Source: Tricharina praecox | Taxonomy: Eukaryota | Length of the DNA: 64,000 nucleotides | Assembly: GCF_024521635.1 (NCBI RefSeq) | Contig: NW_026250427.1 | Span: 186,001 to 250,000, forward strand | Direction: 5' to 3' | Notes under the pieces: model-generated | The model's input: the letters and a program-made list of their open reading frames with translations, nothing else | Databases searched by the model: none | What the model was told of the DNA's origin: nothing | Part shown: positions 24,624 through 36,308 of the stretch, piece after piece | Layout of the letters: every line of letters starts with the position of its first letter | Position numbering within the stretch: position 1 is the stretch's first letter | Position numbers and translations under genes: made by a program

Positions 24624-27600
24624 TCAGTCTTCTGTGAGCCGATAGTCCCTCGGCGCGTCCGGATTCTTGCGGTGGAATTCCCGCAGTTTCTCCCGACCAC
24701 CTACTGAAAAGTTGTCGAAAGGCTCATGAGTCCAATCTCGTTTGCTGGGATAGTTGAGCCATTTCACGAGGTAGAGTACGCGCCGTCCTTTCTTGGTGCT
24801 ACCCATAACCTCCTCGACATCGTATTCCTCATTGCTCTCGACGTCATCCGCTTCCCGGTGTATTTTCGACGGGTCGGGGGGATCTCGGTTGCCTGCTCGG
24901 TAGGGTTCGACAAGCGAAACATGGAAGACATTGTGTATCTTCCATTTCCGCGGTAGCGTGAGCTTCACGGCGAGGGGGGAAACGATCTTCTCGATTTGGA
25001 ACGGGCCATGATTTTTGTGGTCCAGTTTCCTCGAGGGGCGGCGGGTTTGTATATTCCGTCCGCTGAGCATTACCAGGTCTCCTACCTGATAAGCGGGGGC
25101 CTCTTGGCGACGTTGGTCGGCGTAGTGGCGCATGCGTTCCTGTGCTTGCTCAAGCGACTTGATAGTCTCCTCGTGCACAGTCTGCATCCAGTGCGCATAG
25201 ACCGTGCTGGCGGGGTTGAGGGGGTTCGCCGCAGCAGGTCCGCTAGCTGTTGGGTGAAATCCTTAGTTCGCGTAGAACGGCGAAAATCCAGTAGCCGTGG
25301 TGACCGAGTTGTTGTAGGCAAACTCAGCCATGGGGAGGAGGCTAACCCAGTCGTCTTGGTCTTTGTTGACGAAGGAGCGGAGGTATGCTTCGATCGTCTG
25401 GTTCAGGCGTTCTGTTTGCCCGTCTGTTTGGGGGTGAAACGCTGTAGACATCCTTGCCTTGATGCCTAAAAGCTTCATAAATTCTTTCCACGTATCCGAC
25501 GTGAAGCGGGAATCTCTGTCTGATACAATATCCGAGGGTAGGCCGTGGAAGCGCCAGATTTCGCGGGCAAAGATTTTTGCGAGGTCGCTGGCTGTCTTGC
25601 CGTCCTTTCGTAGGGGAATGAAATGAGCCATCTTGGTGAATCGGTCGATGACTACCCAGAGTTGGTCGCATTCCTCAGACACGGGTAGATCGGTTATGAA
25701 GTGCATAGCGATGGATTGCCATGGAGCGTAGGGCAGTTCGAGGGGGTTTAGGAGTCCATAGGGTTGGTGTCGCGCTGTCTTGTTTTTTTGACATTCAGGA
25801 CAGCCACGCACGAAGTCGATGATGGTTTCGTCCATTTTTGGCCACCAAAAGTTGCGTCGAATCAACTCGATCGTCTTGTCCTGGCCCATATGGCCGGCGA
25901 CTTTGGTATCGTGCTCTGACTCCAGGATCTGCTGGATCAGGCCTTTGTTGTTTGGTATCCACAACTTCTCCTTCCGGTACACACATCCATCTTCCACCCT
26001 CAGTATCCCGGCCTTTCGACTCATCCGTTCAGAGTCTCTGCTCCGAACGGCATCCTCCTTGACCTTGCGGTCATTCGGCACGGAATTCCCACGTGCCGCT
26101 ACCTCCTTACCCTTTCCGGTATTCGGCTCCTGTTCCTCAGAAGCCGCTTCACCAACGCTTTTGAGAGCTTTCTCCCACTCAGCGTCAGATCCTCCCTTCT
26201 CGCGCAGCAACTCCAAAAACTCCAAAGACCATTTCCGTGTTGGGGTAGAGGTTAGCCGTACCGACGAGATCAGAAACGAGGGTACCGTGTCCAGCCGTGC
26301 TGATCGAAGAGACATTGTTCTTTCCTGCAAAGTGTTTTCCGTGCAGGATCGTCGTGATTGGTTGATCCTCACCCCCCCCTTTTTCAGGGCGGTATTCCGG
26401 GCGCCGGGAAAGAGCATCAGGTTTTCCATTCTGGTTTCCGGGTCAGTAGTAGATCTTGAAATCGATGCCGGCGAGCTCCTGTGCCCATTGTGCCTGGCGT
26501 CGATTGAGTACTTTTGTGGTTGTGAAGTACTCAAGGTTTTGGTGGTCGCTAAAGACTTGCACTTGGTGCTGTGCACCTTCGAGGTATCGTCTCCAGTGCT
26601 TGAAAGCGTCGACAATGGCGAGTAGCTCTTTGTCGTGGATTTCGTAGTTGATTTCCGCGGGAGAGAATTTCCTCAAATGGTAGGCAACAGGGTGCAGTCT
26701 TCCTTCTTCATCCTTCTGGGATAGGACGGCACCGAGGGCAAAATCCGATGCGTCTGTTTCAACGATAAATGGTTCATTGGGTTGGAAGTGGGCCAGTATC
26801 GGAGCTGTAGTGAAGCGTTTCATCAGATCGTCAAAGGATTTCTGCATCTCGGGCGTCCATTGCCAATCCTTCTTATCACCTTTCGTAGACTCCGTCAACG
26901 GGCGCGCGACCCTCGAGTAGTCCTTGATAAAGCGGCGATAGAAGTTAGCGAAGCCCAGAAAGGATTGAACGTCTCGCAGGGATTGGGGTACTTCCCACTC
27001 AAGCACACTTTCCACTTTGTCCCCTGCCATCTTGATTCCTTCTCGGCCGACTATGTAGCCGAGGAATTCCACCTCATGCTTCCTCCACTCGCATTTTTCC
27101 GCTGATACGGCCAGTTTGTTAGCCGTCAGACGTCGCAGGACTTCTTTGACTATTTCATCATGCTCCGCCCTGGTAGAGGCGTAGATGAGAAGGTCGTCAA
27201 TATAGGCAACCAGGCCGAGATCAATCATATCCCGGAAGACATGATTAATCATGTCCTGGAAGGTAGCAGGTGCGTTGGACAGTCCAAACGGCATAACGCG
27301 ATATTCGTAGAGGCCATAACGTGTTCGGAATGCTGTCTTCCACTCGTCCCCTTCTTTGATGCATACCAGGTGATACCCATTCTTCAGGTCAATCTTGGTG
27401 AAGAACTGTGCTCCACGGATCCTGTCTTGTAGTTCAGACATGAGTGGGAGTGGGTATCGATTGGCGATAGTGACGCGGTTGAGTCCTCGATAGTCGACGC
27501 AAAGGCGAAGACCACGTCCATGGGCTTTTGGGACGAAGAGAATGGGGGCTCCCGCGCTGGAGGTGGACCGACGTATCTTTCCAGTCCGTAGCATGTCCTT

Positions 27601-28425
27601 CAACCATTCTCGGAGGGCTTCGAGCTCTGCTTCTGAGAGGGCATAGATCGGACCCCAAGGAGGTGTGGTATCTTCCTTGAGCCGGATCTCGTCGTCGTAG
27701 GAGCGGTGTTCCGGAAGTGCATCTGCGGCTTCTTTTCCCATGATATCAAGAAAGTCGCGGAATTCTTCTGGTATCTGTTCCAAGGGGTCCGCCACCAGCT
27801 CAACGGCCGCGGCGTATCCTATTACCCTAGCGTCCGGATTGTTTGCAATCTCCGGATCATAGCTTAGGGGAAACTCCGTTGCTGCGTGCTTGGTGTAGTT
27901 CTTCAAATAGGAGGGGCTGTTGAAGCGGAGTTCGGGGGTGTCCCAAGCACCTTGTGGGGTGTGCTTGGCTATCCACCAGTAGGGGAGGAACGCGTCCACT
28001 CCCGGTTCGAGGGAGGTCATCTCGAAGACTTCTTGGGAGTAGTGGTTCCGGTGTTGGAGGAGAAGGGGCATTGTATAATATTGGCCGCCTCCTTTGATGG
28101 GTTCGCCGGTAAAGCCACGCAAGCTGACGGCTTGTTCGTGCTTCTGCCGGGGAATCTTTAACCGCGAAGATAGGGAGGAGTCCAGGAGGGGGGTAGAACA
28201 GCCGGTGTTTAGTAACACTCGGATTCGGCTTTGTTGTTTGTTGCCCCAGTGTAACATCATCTCCACTATCGGTCGGTTTCCGTTTCTTGGCTTGGGCGCG
28301 GACGTAGGGGTTGTCCGTCTTCGCTTATCCCGTTCGTTTTTTGAGGGTTCGGGACCCGGCCGTTTTCTGGATGTGCCGCATATATACACCGTGGTCTTAG
28401 GCTGCGGCATGCCTTGACCTAACAA
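24624..28425 (-). pseudogene. pol: pol of family B (PR-RT-RNase H-IN-chromodomain) with premature stops and a frame change
   Basis: ORFs 26443-28425, 25263-26615 and 24624-25187; YIDD; protease DTG appears as NTG. Confidence 0.9.
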
Positions 28426-30407
28426 AAATCCTGCTCCTCGTCCGAACCTTCCGCCCAGACGGGAGGGACATCTCTCATGGCCTCGTCCCTGATATCCACT
28501 GCAGCGGTTTTGGGTGCCTTGGATTTTGGTGGTTCCAATGAGTCATTTGCGCCGCGCTTTCGCTTGTTTGCGCCTGCGATTTTTCGTGGGGCTGGGGGAA
28601 GTTGGGTGTTACCGACCGTCTTCGCTGCATAGCAGGCAAGCGCTCGGTGTCCTTCTCTTCCACATCTCATGCAGCCACCGGATTTCTTGTGGGCGTCTAT
28701 CTCCTGCTGAGGGACCCCATCCAATGCTGCCTTCATCCCATCCCAGATCCCCTCCTCTTTACCCGTCCGGGAACCGGACTGACCACCTCGGCTCGAATCT
28801 CCCTTCGGCCGGTGGTCCTCCTTTTTCTTTCCCTGGCTTTTCGGCCCCTTGCCAGATTCCTTCGAGCCACCACTCGAACTCTGGCCACCCGATCCACCCC
28901 TCTCCTTTGATTTCAACAGCGCCTTCTTGCGCTCCACGTGCCGTCCTGCTTCGTAGGTCGCGTGTAGGAACGGCTCGTCTTCCCGGAAGATTCCCGCGTT
29001 CTGGGCAAAGCGCATATCGATGATATCAGCAGGCATGTCTTTATCGATCATGTCCTGCAAGGCTTCTCCGGTGACTTGAGCGTGGAGATTCAACGCTCTG
29101 AATGAGGTGAGGTATGATTTGATGTCTCCCTTGTAACGAAGGGCCCACATCTTGTCCAATGCCTCTCCGGCCTCACGGGGGTCCAGGTATTCTTCCTGAT
29201 TAGCGTCTGCGTACGCTTGCCAGGTGTCCCGACGTCGCAAGGTCCTTCGCCGTGCCTGGTGCCATTCCAGTGCCTCATGGGTAAGCAACGTGCCTATCCA
29301 CACGATGCGCTGGCGGTCCTCGGTCCGCGGATAGAAGTCAAGGTATTGTTCCACCGCGTCCCACCAAGGGCGGAAGGGGGTGGTAGGCTTCCCGTCAAAG
29401 CTCTTTGGATTGCTGAGACGGAGCTTTTGCACTCCTTCTTGGGAAGCTCTGAATGCTTCCGAGAGAACTCTAGCGAAGCGACGTTGGTCGGTCTCGTTAG
29501 GTTCGGGAGATGCGCGAGTCACCCTCGGTCGGCGCGGAGGAGGGCTTGGCGAATGCCTGTTGTTTTCGTCCATCGGGTCGTCGTCCGATGGCGGCCCACC
29601 TGGGGGAAGTACTGGAGGTCTCGGGGGGATTGGTGGTGCTCCTCCTCCTCGGGTGCCACTACTCTGAAGTGGTGGGTAAGAGTCCGTTGACTGAGATCTT
29701 GGCGGGCTCCTGTGGGCCCACGGGGGTGTAGCGTCGCGGGGTGCCCGGCCGCGAAGGGAGACTTCTCGGGTTGCCCTTTTTGTTTTGGCTAATGCGTCTG
29801 CGAGTTTCTTCTGTTCTGACGCGAGCCGAGCCGTCTCCGCTTCCTGCTGTGCTGCCCATCTTTCCAGGTTTTGTCGGTACTGGGCCTGCTCCCGTTGGCG
29901 TTCGAGATCTGCCGTCTGGAGGAATACCATCGCGTCTTTCATGCGTGGATTCGCTTCTTCCTGGATGAAGATTCGCCGTGTGGCATCGTTCGTTTTTTCG
30001 GTGATCATGTCCCAGACATCGCTACTGAAGGCCTGTGCCGCGTTTGCGATTGCGGATAGCTCCGTGCGCAACCATTCTTGTTGGACCGTTGCGTCTGAGT
30101 TCTGGAGGTCGAACAGGTACTGGCAACCGCGATAGAGTGCCTCGTAGTTTTGTTCGATTTCTCGCATTCGGCGGTTCCCGTGGTCGAAGGTTTTGTCACA
30201 GGCGACGTAGAGGGATCGGAGGTCCCTTTGCGCCGTGCGATGGAGGTTGATCATCATCCGGACCCAGTCTGCGGGGCTGCGAACTTCGACGGTTGAGTCA
30301 TCGATAGAGGTATCATTGATGACCTCTTGGAGGGATCGTGGGCGCTCCAGTCGAAGCATATCCACGTTGGAGGATGGTGCGGCAATCGGTCTGGAGGGGG
30401 ATGCCAT
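28419..30407 (-). CDS. gag: Gag polyprotein, family B (662 aa, intact)
   Basis: Homologous to family A gag; CCHC CMRCGREGHRALAC. Confidence 0.93.
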   Translation of the reverse strand: MASPSRPIAAPSSNVDMLRLERPRSLQEVINDTSIDDSTVEVRSPADWVRMMINLHRTAQRDLRSLYVACDKTFDHGNRRMREIEQNYEALYRGCQYLFDLQNSDATVQQEWLRTELSAIANAAQAFSSDVWDMITEKTNDATRRIFIQEEANPRMKDAMVFLQTADLERQREQAQYRQNLERWAAQQEAETARLASEQKKLADALAKTKRATREVSLRGRAPRDATPPWAHRSPPRSQSTDSYPPLQSSGTRGGGAPPIPPRPPVLPPGGPPSDDDPMDENNRHSPSPPPRRPRVTRASPEPNETDQRRFARVLSEAFRASQEGVQKLRLSNPKSFDGKPTTPFRPWWDAVEQYLDFYPRTEDRQRIVWIGTLLTHEALEWHQARRRTLRRRDTWQAYADANQEEYLDPREAGEALDKMWALRYKGDIKSYLTSFRALNLHAQVTGEALQDMIDKDMPADIIDMRFAQNAGIFREDEPFLHATYEAGRHVERKKALLKSKERGGSGGQSSSGGSKESGKGPKSQGKKKEDHRPKGDSSRGGQSGSRTGKEEGIWDGMKAALDGVPQQEIDAHKKSGGCMRCGREGHRALACYAAKTVGNTQLPPAPRKIAGANKRKRGANDSLEPPKSKAPKTAAVDIRDEAMRDVPPVWAEGSDEEQDFC

Positions 30408-31107
30408 TTCGTAGGTGGTAATTCTTTAGAAAAGGATCGATTTTTCTTAAGATTATAGTGTGAGACTGGAACGATTTCGGTCGTCGGAGTCGATTGATAG
30501 AATAGGATAAGAATGAAGATAGATAGTATTCTTTTCTTTCCCAAGCGGAAAAATCTTAAGGGGTAGTGTCGATGGTTTTCTGGTTGCTGATTCTGAAGAT
30601 GAATCTTTCACCGTGTCGTCGGAAGTCTATATAGTTGGGTGATGTGATCGAGTCACGTGCCAGCCGTTGCCGTAGTTTGTTGCCGGATGGAACCCCTGGC
30701 GTGAAATCTCTGCACTTGGTGCGGATACTTTCTCCGCCATGTCATCAGAGTCGTCGTAAGCTTTCAGGATAGTTTATACAAACTAGGCAGGTATGGCGCA
30801 CCAATCCTTACCCGAGCATAGTCCGGTTTCAGCTATCTCCCCGCTGGGCAACGGCTGCGCCTTTCGGCACGGCTCTTATTTGCTTAAGACGCGAGAAGAG
30901 GGGCAACACTCGTCATAGTGGTTTTTCTCCGATCAGAGTTTCCTCTGCGCTTGTTCCGCGATTTGCCTGCCTCAAGTCAAGGATGACTGTATCGGACTTT
31001 TCGTGCGTATCGCTGCGCCTCTGATCCCACCTAGACTCTGGTCCCGTTTGCTTCCTTCCTTCCTACCTCGTCTCTGACTAGCTACGACTAATCTAAAGGT
31101 TGCCTCC

Positions 31108-31679
31108 TGTGACACCCTGGTCGCAGTCGGCCCGACTTCCGGGTTCGGCTTCTTACCATCGGGCTGGGGATCGGGTTCTGGGTTCGGTAGAGGCAAGACG
31201 GGTTCAGGGGACAAGGTGAGGCAGGGCTCAGTGCAGACGGCAACTGAGAACAGGGGCAGGGACAAGGACTACGGCGCAGACGGCAGCCGAGGCAAGGACA
31301 GAGGTAACAGTGGTTGAATTAACAAGTTGTGGCGTGAAAAACTACATACACAGGGGCAACGGCCCGTTTATATAGGAAATCCTCCACTTCTTCCTGTAAC
31401 CTGACAATGACCGTGGGCGTGTGCCAGACCCTGAGAAATCCACCTTGCCAGTACCTCACTTCTGTGACTCATGCCCTGCGCAGCCGCACTACCGCTGCTT
31501 CCTGCACACAGCCCCAATCTTCTGCGACTCATTACTGCGCTATCCCTGCTCCCTGCACACAGCCCCCAATCCTCTGCGACTCATCCTTGCACTGCCGGTG
31601 CACTGCCTCTGCACTGCCCCCCAACTCTCCCGATCCTTGTGCCGACTCTCCCTTCGTCATTCCGTCGCGAGCCCTGACA
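31108..31679. repeat. Fused LTR-B 5' fragment (+, 31108-31158) and LTR-C (-, 31159-31679)
   Basis: LTR-B start TGTGACACCCTGG switches to LTR-C sequence at a CGGG microhomology; the LTR-C terminus is GCCCTGACA. Confidence 0.85.
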
Positions 31680-34587
31680 TTGTGGATACCGAACAACAAA
31701 GGCCTGATCCAGCAGATCCTGGAGTCAGAGCACGATACCAAAGTTGCCGGCCATATGGGCCAGGACAAAACGATCGAGTTGATTCGACGCAACTTTTGGT
31801 GGCCAAAAATGGACGAAACCATCATCGACTTCGTGCGTGGCTGTCCTGAATGTCAAAAAAACAAGACAGCGCGGCACCAACCCTATGGACTCCTAAACCC
31901 CCTCGAACTGCCTTACGCTCCATGGCAATCCATCGCTATGGACTTCATAACCGATCTACCCGAGTCCGAGGAATGCGACCAACTCTGGGTAGTCATCGCC
32001 TGATTCACCAAGATGGGGCATTTCATTCCCCTACGAAAGGACGGCAAGACAGTCAGTGACCTCGCTAAAATCTTTGCCCGCAAAATCTGGCGCTTCCATG
32101 GCCTACCCTCGGATATCGTATCGGAAAGAGATTCCCGCTTCACGTCGGATACGTGGAAGGAATTTATGAAGCTTTTAGGCATCAAGGCAAGGATGTCTAC
32201 GGCGTTTCACCCCCAAACAGACGGGCAAACAGAACGCCTCAACCAGACGATTGAAGCATACCTCCGCTCCTTCGTCAACAAAGACCAAGACGACTGGGTT
32301 AGCCTCCTCCCCATGGCTGAGTTTGCCTACAACAACTCGGTCACCACGGCTACTGGATTCTCGCCGTTCTACGCGAACTACGGATTCCACCCAACAGCTA
32401 GCGGACCTGCTGCGACGAACCCCCTCAACCCCGCCAGCACGGTCTATGCGCACTGGATGCAGACTGTGCACGAGGAGACCATCAAGTCCCTTGAGCAAGC
32501 ACAGGAACGTATGCGCCGCTACGCCGACCAACGTCGCCAAGAGGCCCCTGTGAGACTGGAACGAATTTGTGTCGTCGGAGTCTATGGTAATATCGAGTAT
32601 AGAATAAAAGTCAGGGATTTCGATAATTCACAACGGAATAATCTTAAGGGTGTTTGTTCGATGGTTTGTTCGGTGCGATGATGGTTATCTGGTTCGGTTG
32701 CTCGCTCGGTTCGACTTATAGTCGTTCCGATCCTCAGCACGTGATTTCTCTAGATTGCGGCCTAACGTAGCTCCGTTGCTTCCTTTGCATCGGAGTTCCG
32801 CGGCCTAGCCTTGAGTCGTCGTCAGCTCTCTTCGGATAGTCTTCTCGACTAGGCAGGTGGTAAATACCACGCGCCCAAGATAGATCGGAGTTTCCGAGCA
32901 ATTATCTCCCTCATGCGCCGGCAGAGTTCTTCGCTCGAAGTTGTCTGCCCCCATCGGTCGATGTTCGATTCTCTCGTCATAACAGTTTTTCCCTGGATCG
33001 GAGTTCCTACTGCGGGGCCCTATGAACGGAGATCTCAGAGTCCTCTGGACTGTTATCCCGATCACCCGCATCTCCGATCACTGTCTAGACTCTGGAATCC
33101 GTTTGCTCCCTCCTTCCTATCTTGTCCTTGATCGCTTCTAACTATCCTTTCGGCTTGCCACTCTAATCTAATCACCCGAACTATCTAATCACATCTCTTG
33201 CGACCGTCGTGACCTCCGATACCTATCGGGGTGTCACAGCCCCCTTATCAGGTAGGAGACCTGGTAATGCTCAGCGGACGGAATATACAAACCCGCCGCC
33301 CCTCGAGGAAACTGGACCACAAAAATCATGGCCCGTTCCAAATCGAGAAGATCGTTTCCCCCCTCGCCGTCAAGCTCACGCTACCGCGAAAATGGAAGAT
33401 ACACAATGTCTTCCATGTCTCGCTTGTCGAACCCTACCGAGCAGGCAACCGAGATCCCCCCGACCCGTCGAAAATACTCCGGGAAGCGGATGACGTCGAG
33501 AGCAATGAGGAATACGATGTCGAGGAAGTTATGGGTAGCACCCAGAAAGGACGGCACGTACTCTACCCCGTGAGATGGCTCAACTATCCCAGCAAACGGG
33601 ATTGGACTCATGAGCCTTTCGACAACTTTTCAGTAGGTGGTCCGGAGAAACTGCGGGAATTCCACCGCAAGAATCCGGACGCACCGAGGGACTATCCGCT
33701 CACAGAAGAATGAGAGTTTTTCTCACTGGGTTTTTCTCTTGAGTCGAGCGGTAGTAGGATGCAGGGGTTGGAGGACTGCATTCACCGTACAAAGACTAGA
33801 TAGAACTCCGCAGGCTTTGGGACGCAAGCGTCGGAGAGGGGAGATGGTGTGACACCCTTGTCGCAGTCGGCCCGACTTCAGGGTCCGGCTGTTTACCAAC
33901 GGAAGTTCGGGAAAAATAGTTAGATAGATCGGGGAGCAGGAGGAAACCTTTAGATTAGTCGTAGCTAGTCAGAGACGAGATAGGAAGGAACGAAGCAAAC
34001 GGAACCAGAGTCTAGGTGGGATCAGAGGCGCAGCGATACCCACGAAAAGTCCGATACAGTCATCCTTGACTTGAGGCAGGCAAATCGCGGAACAAGCGCA
34101 GAGGAAACTCTGATCGGAGAAAAACCACTATGACGAGTGTTGCCCCTCTTCTCGCGTCTTAAGCAAATAAGAGCCGTGCCGAAAGGCGCAGCCGTTGTTC
34201 AGCGAAGAGATAGCTGAAACTGGACTATGCTCGGGTAAGGATTGGTGCGCCATACCTGCCTAGTTTGTATAAACCATCCTGAAGGCTTACGACGACTCGG
34301 ATGACATGGCGGAGAAAGTCTCCGCACCAAGTGCAGAGATTTCACGCCAGGGTTTCCATCCGGCAACAAGCTACTGCAACGGCTGGCACGTGTCTCGACC
34401 AAATCAACCCAACTATATAGACTTTTGACGATACGGCGAAAGATTCATCATCAGAATCAGCAACCAGAAAACCATCGACACTACCCCTTAAGATTATTCC
34501 GTTTGTGAAAGAAAGAATACTATCTATTTTCATTCTTATCCTATTCTATCAATCGACTACGACGACCGAAATCGTTCCAGTCTCACA
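31680..34587 (+). mobile_element. Family B element, 3' part (integrase, chromodomain, PPT, complete 3' LTR 33848-34587)
   Basis: Matches the reverse complement of 24489-25963. Confidence 0.94.
32549..33238 (-). repeat. Solo LTR-A
   Basis: TSD GCCCC/GCCCC. Confidence 0.95.
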
Positions 34588-34657
34588 CATACGGCGCGCT
34601 TGAATTTCTTGAGGAGCCACGAGATGATGTGTTTGCTTGTGGATATTCGTCTCTTAC

Positions 34658-35348
34658 TGTGACACTGGAACGAGTTTGTGCCGTCGGAGTCTATGGTAAT
34701 ATCGTGTGTAGAATAAAAGTCAGGGATTTCGATAATTCACAACGGAATAATCTTAAGGGTGTTTCTTCGATGGTTTGTTCGGTGCGGTGATTGTGGTTTG
34801 GTTCGGTTGCCCGCTCGGTTCGACTTATAGCCGTCCCGATCCTCAGCACGTGATTCCTCTACAGTGCGGCCTAACGTAGCTCCGTTGCTTCCTTTGCATC
34901 GGAGTTCCGCGGCCTAGCCTTGAGTCGTCGTCAGCTCTCTTCGGATAGTCTTCTCGACTAGGCAGGTGGTAAACACCACGCGCCCAAGATAGATCGGAGT
35001 TTCCGAGCAATTATCTCCCTCATGCGCCGGCAGAGTTCTTAGCTCGAAGTTCTCTGCCCCCATAGGTCGATGTTCGATTTCTCTCGTCATAACAGTTTTT
35101 CCCTGGATCGGAGTTCCTACTGCGGGGCCCTATGAACGGAGATCTCAAAGTCCTCTGGACTGTTATCCCGATCACCCGCATCTCCGATCACTGTCTAGAC
35201 TCTGGAATCCGTTTGCTCCCTCCTTCCTATCTTGTCCTTGATCGCTTCCAACTATCCTTTCGGCTCGCAACTCTATTCTAATCACCCGAACTATCTAATC
35301 ACATCTCTTGCAACCGTCGTGACCTCCGATACCTATCGGGGTGTCACA
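34658..35348 (-). repeat. Solo LTR-A at the edge of the cluster
   Basis: TSD CTTAC/GTTAC (1 mismatch). Confidence 0.92.
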
Positions 35349-36308
35349 GTTACTACATGCTTCCAGAGTACTTGGAGTTGCGGCCGGGCATCGTATGTGA
35401 GTACTCCTGGGGTGCCTAAGACCAGCGAAACTAAGTAACCACTCCTACAGCCCCTGCGTCTAGTATTTAATCCTACACAATCCATCTGTATCATGCACAG
35501 GACAGTACTATTGTCGCACTACGTTCCCTCGCCGCTGCATTCCACCGCCTGCCCACCAAAGTCATGTTACCGCCTTAGGAATGCTTCCTGGGTACTCCAC
35601 CCTCCACCAGCCTTCGCCATGCCTAGTTGGATTGTTCACCCTTGTGTTCGCAATATCATCCGTTGGACAGCTTCCTGCACCAAGTACGGATAGCGACTGC
35701 ATGAGGCCGCTGGGCACCCGTGCCACCCATGCCACCAACCCTTCCATCTTCCTTCCCCGTAGTATAAAAAAGGTGTTCGCTCGCAGCCCGGCATCGGTCT
35801 CTAGGAGGCGTGTACGTATCGGATCCGAACCAACTTCTGACTCGCGCAATGTATTCGAGTGATCGTTTATGACGTCTACCGTGATTCCAGTGGGCAAATG
35901 GTTCCGCGGAATACCGGTATTCTATGATACTTGAAGTTCATCAGCTCTGCAAACTTTCAATCGTGTTTTAGATGACCATTGACATGCGCGCTCTTCATCA
36001 AGTACGTTTCGCGAAAGACATCCGGATAGTTGTTGAGCCGAGTGGGGTTCCGTGAGTCATTCCGCCGGATCGTGGGGGCCGTCGACTCATAAACCCAGGT
36101 GGCTGCCGGAGACACCACTCTCTACATCCAAGTTCATGTTCGCCGACTTTGTTCATCACTTCACCAGTAGGAGGCACGACACATCCCTAAACACGTCGAC
36201 ATGATCATGAATACATCAAATTACCACCGTGTCTCCGTTTCTCCGTCACGGTCATAAAAAAAACGTCCAACGACAGTATAATAACCAACATTGCGCAAAA
36301 CACCACAC

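Larger units (their letters stand above)
23748..31107 (-). mobile_element. Near full-length family B chromovirus (3' LTR 23748-24488; 5' LTR 30459-31107 missing its first ~92 nt)
   Basis: Two LTR-B copies, PPT at 24489-24504, PBS at 30446-30456, intact gag, pol with few lesions. Confidence 0.95.

Noticed and set aside
35354..36220. Possible gene remnant between the TE island and the OPT gene
   Set aside because: No convincing ORF or homology visible by eye.
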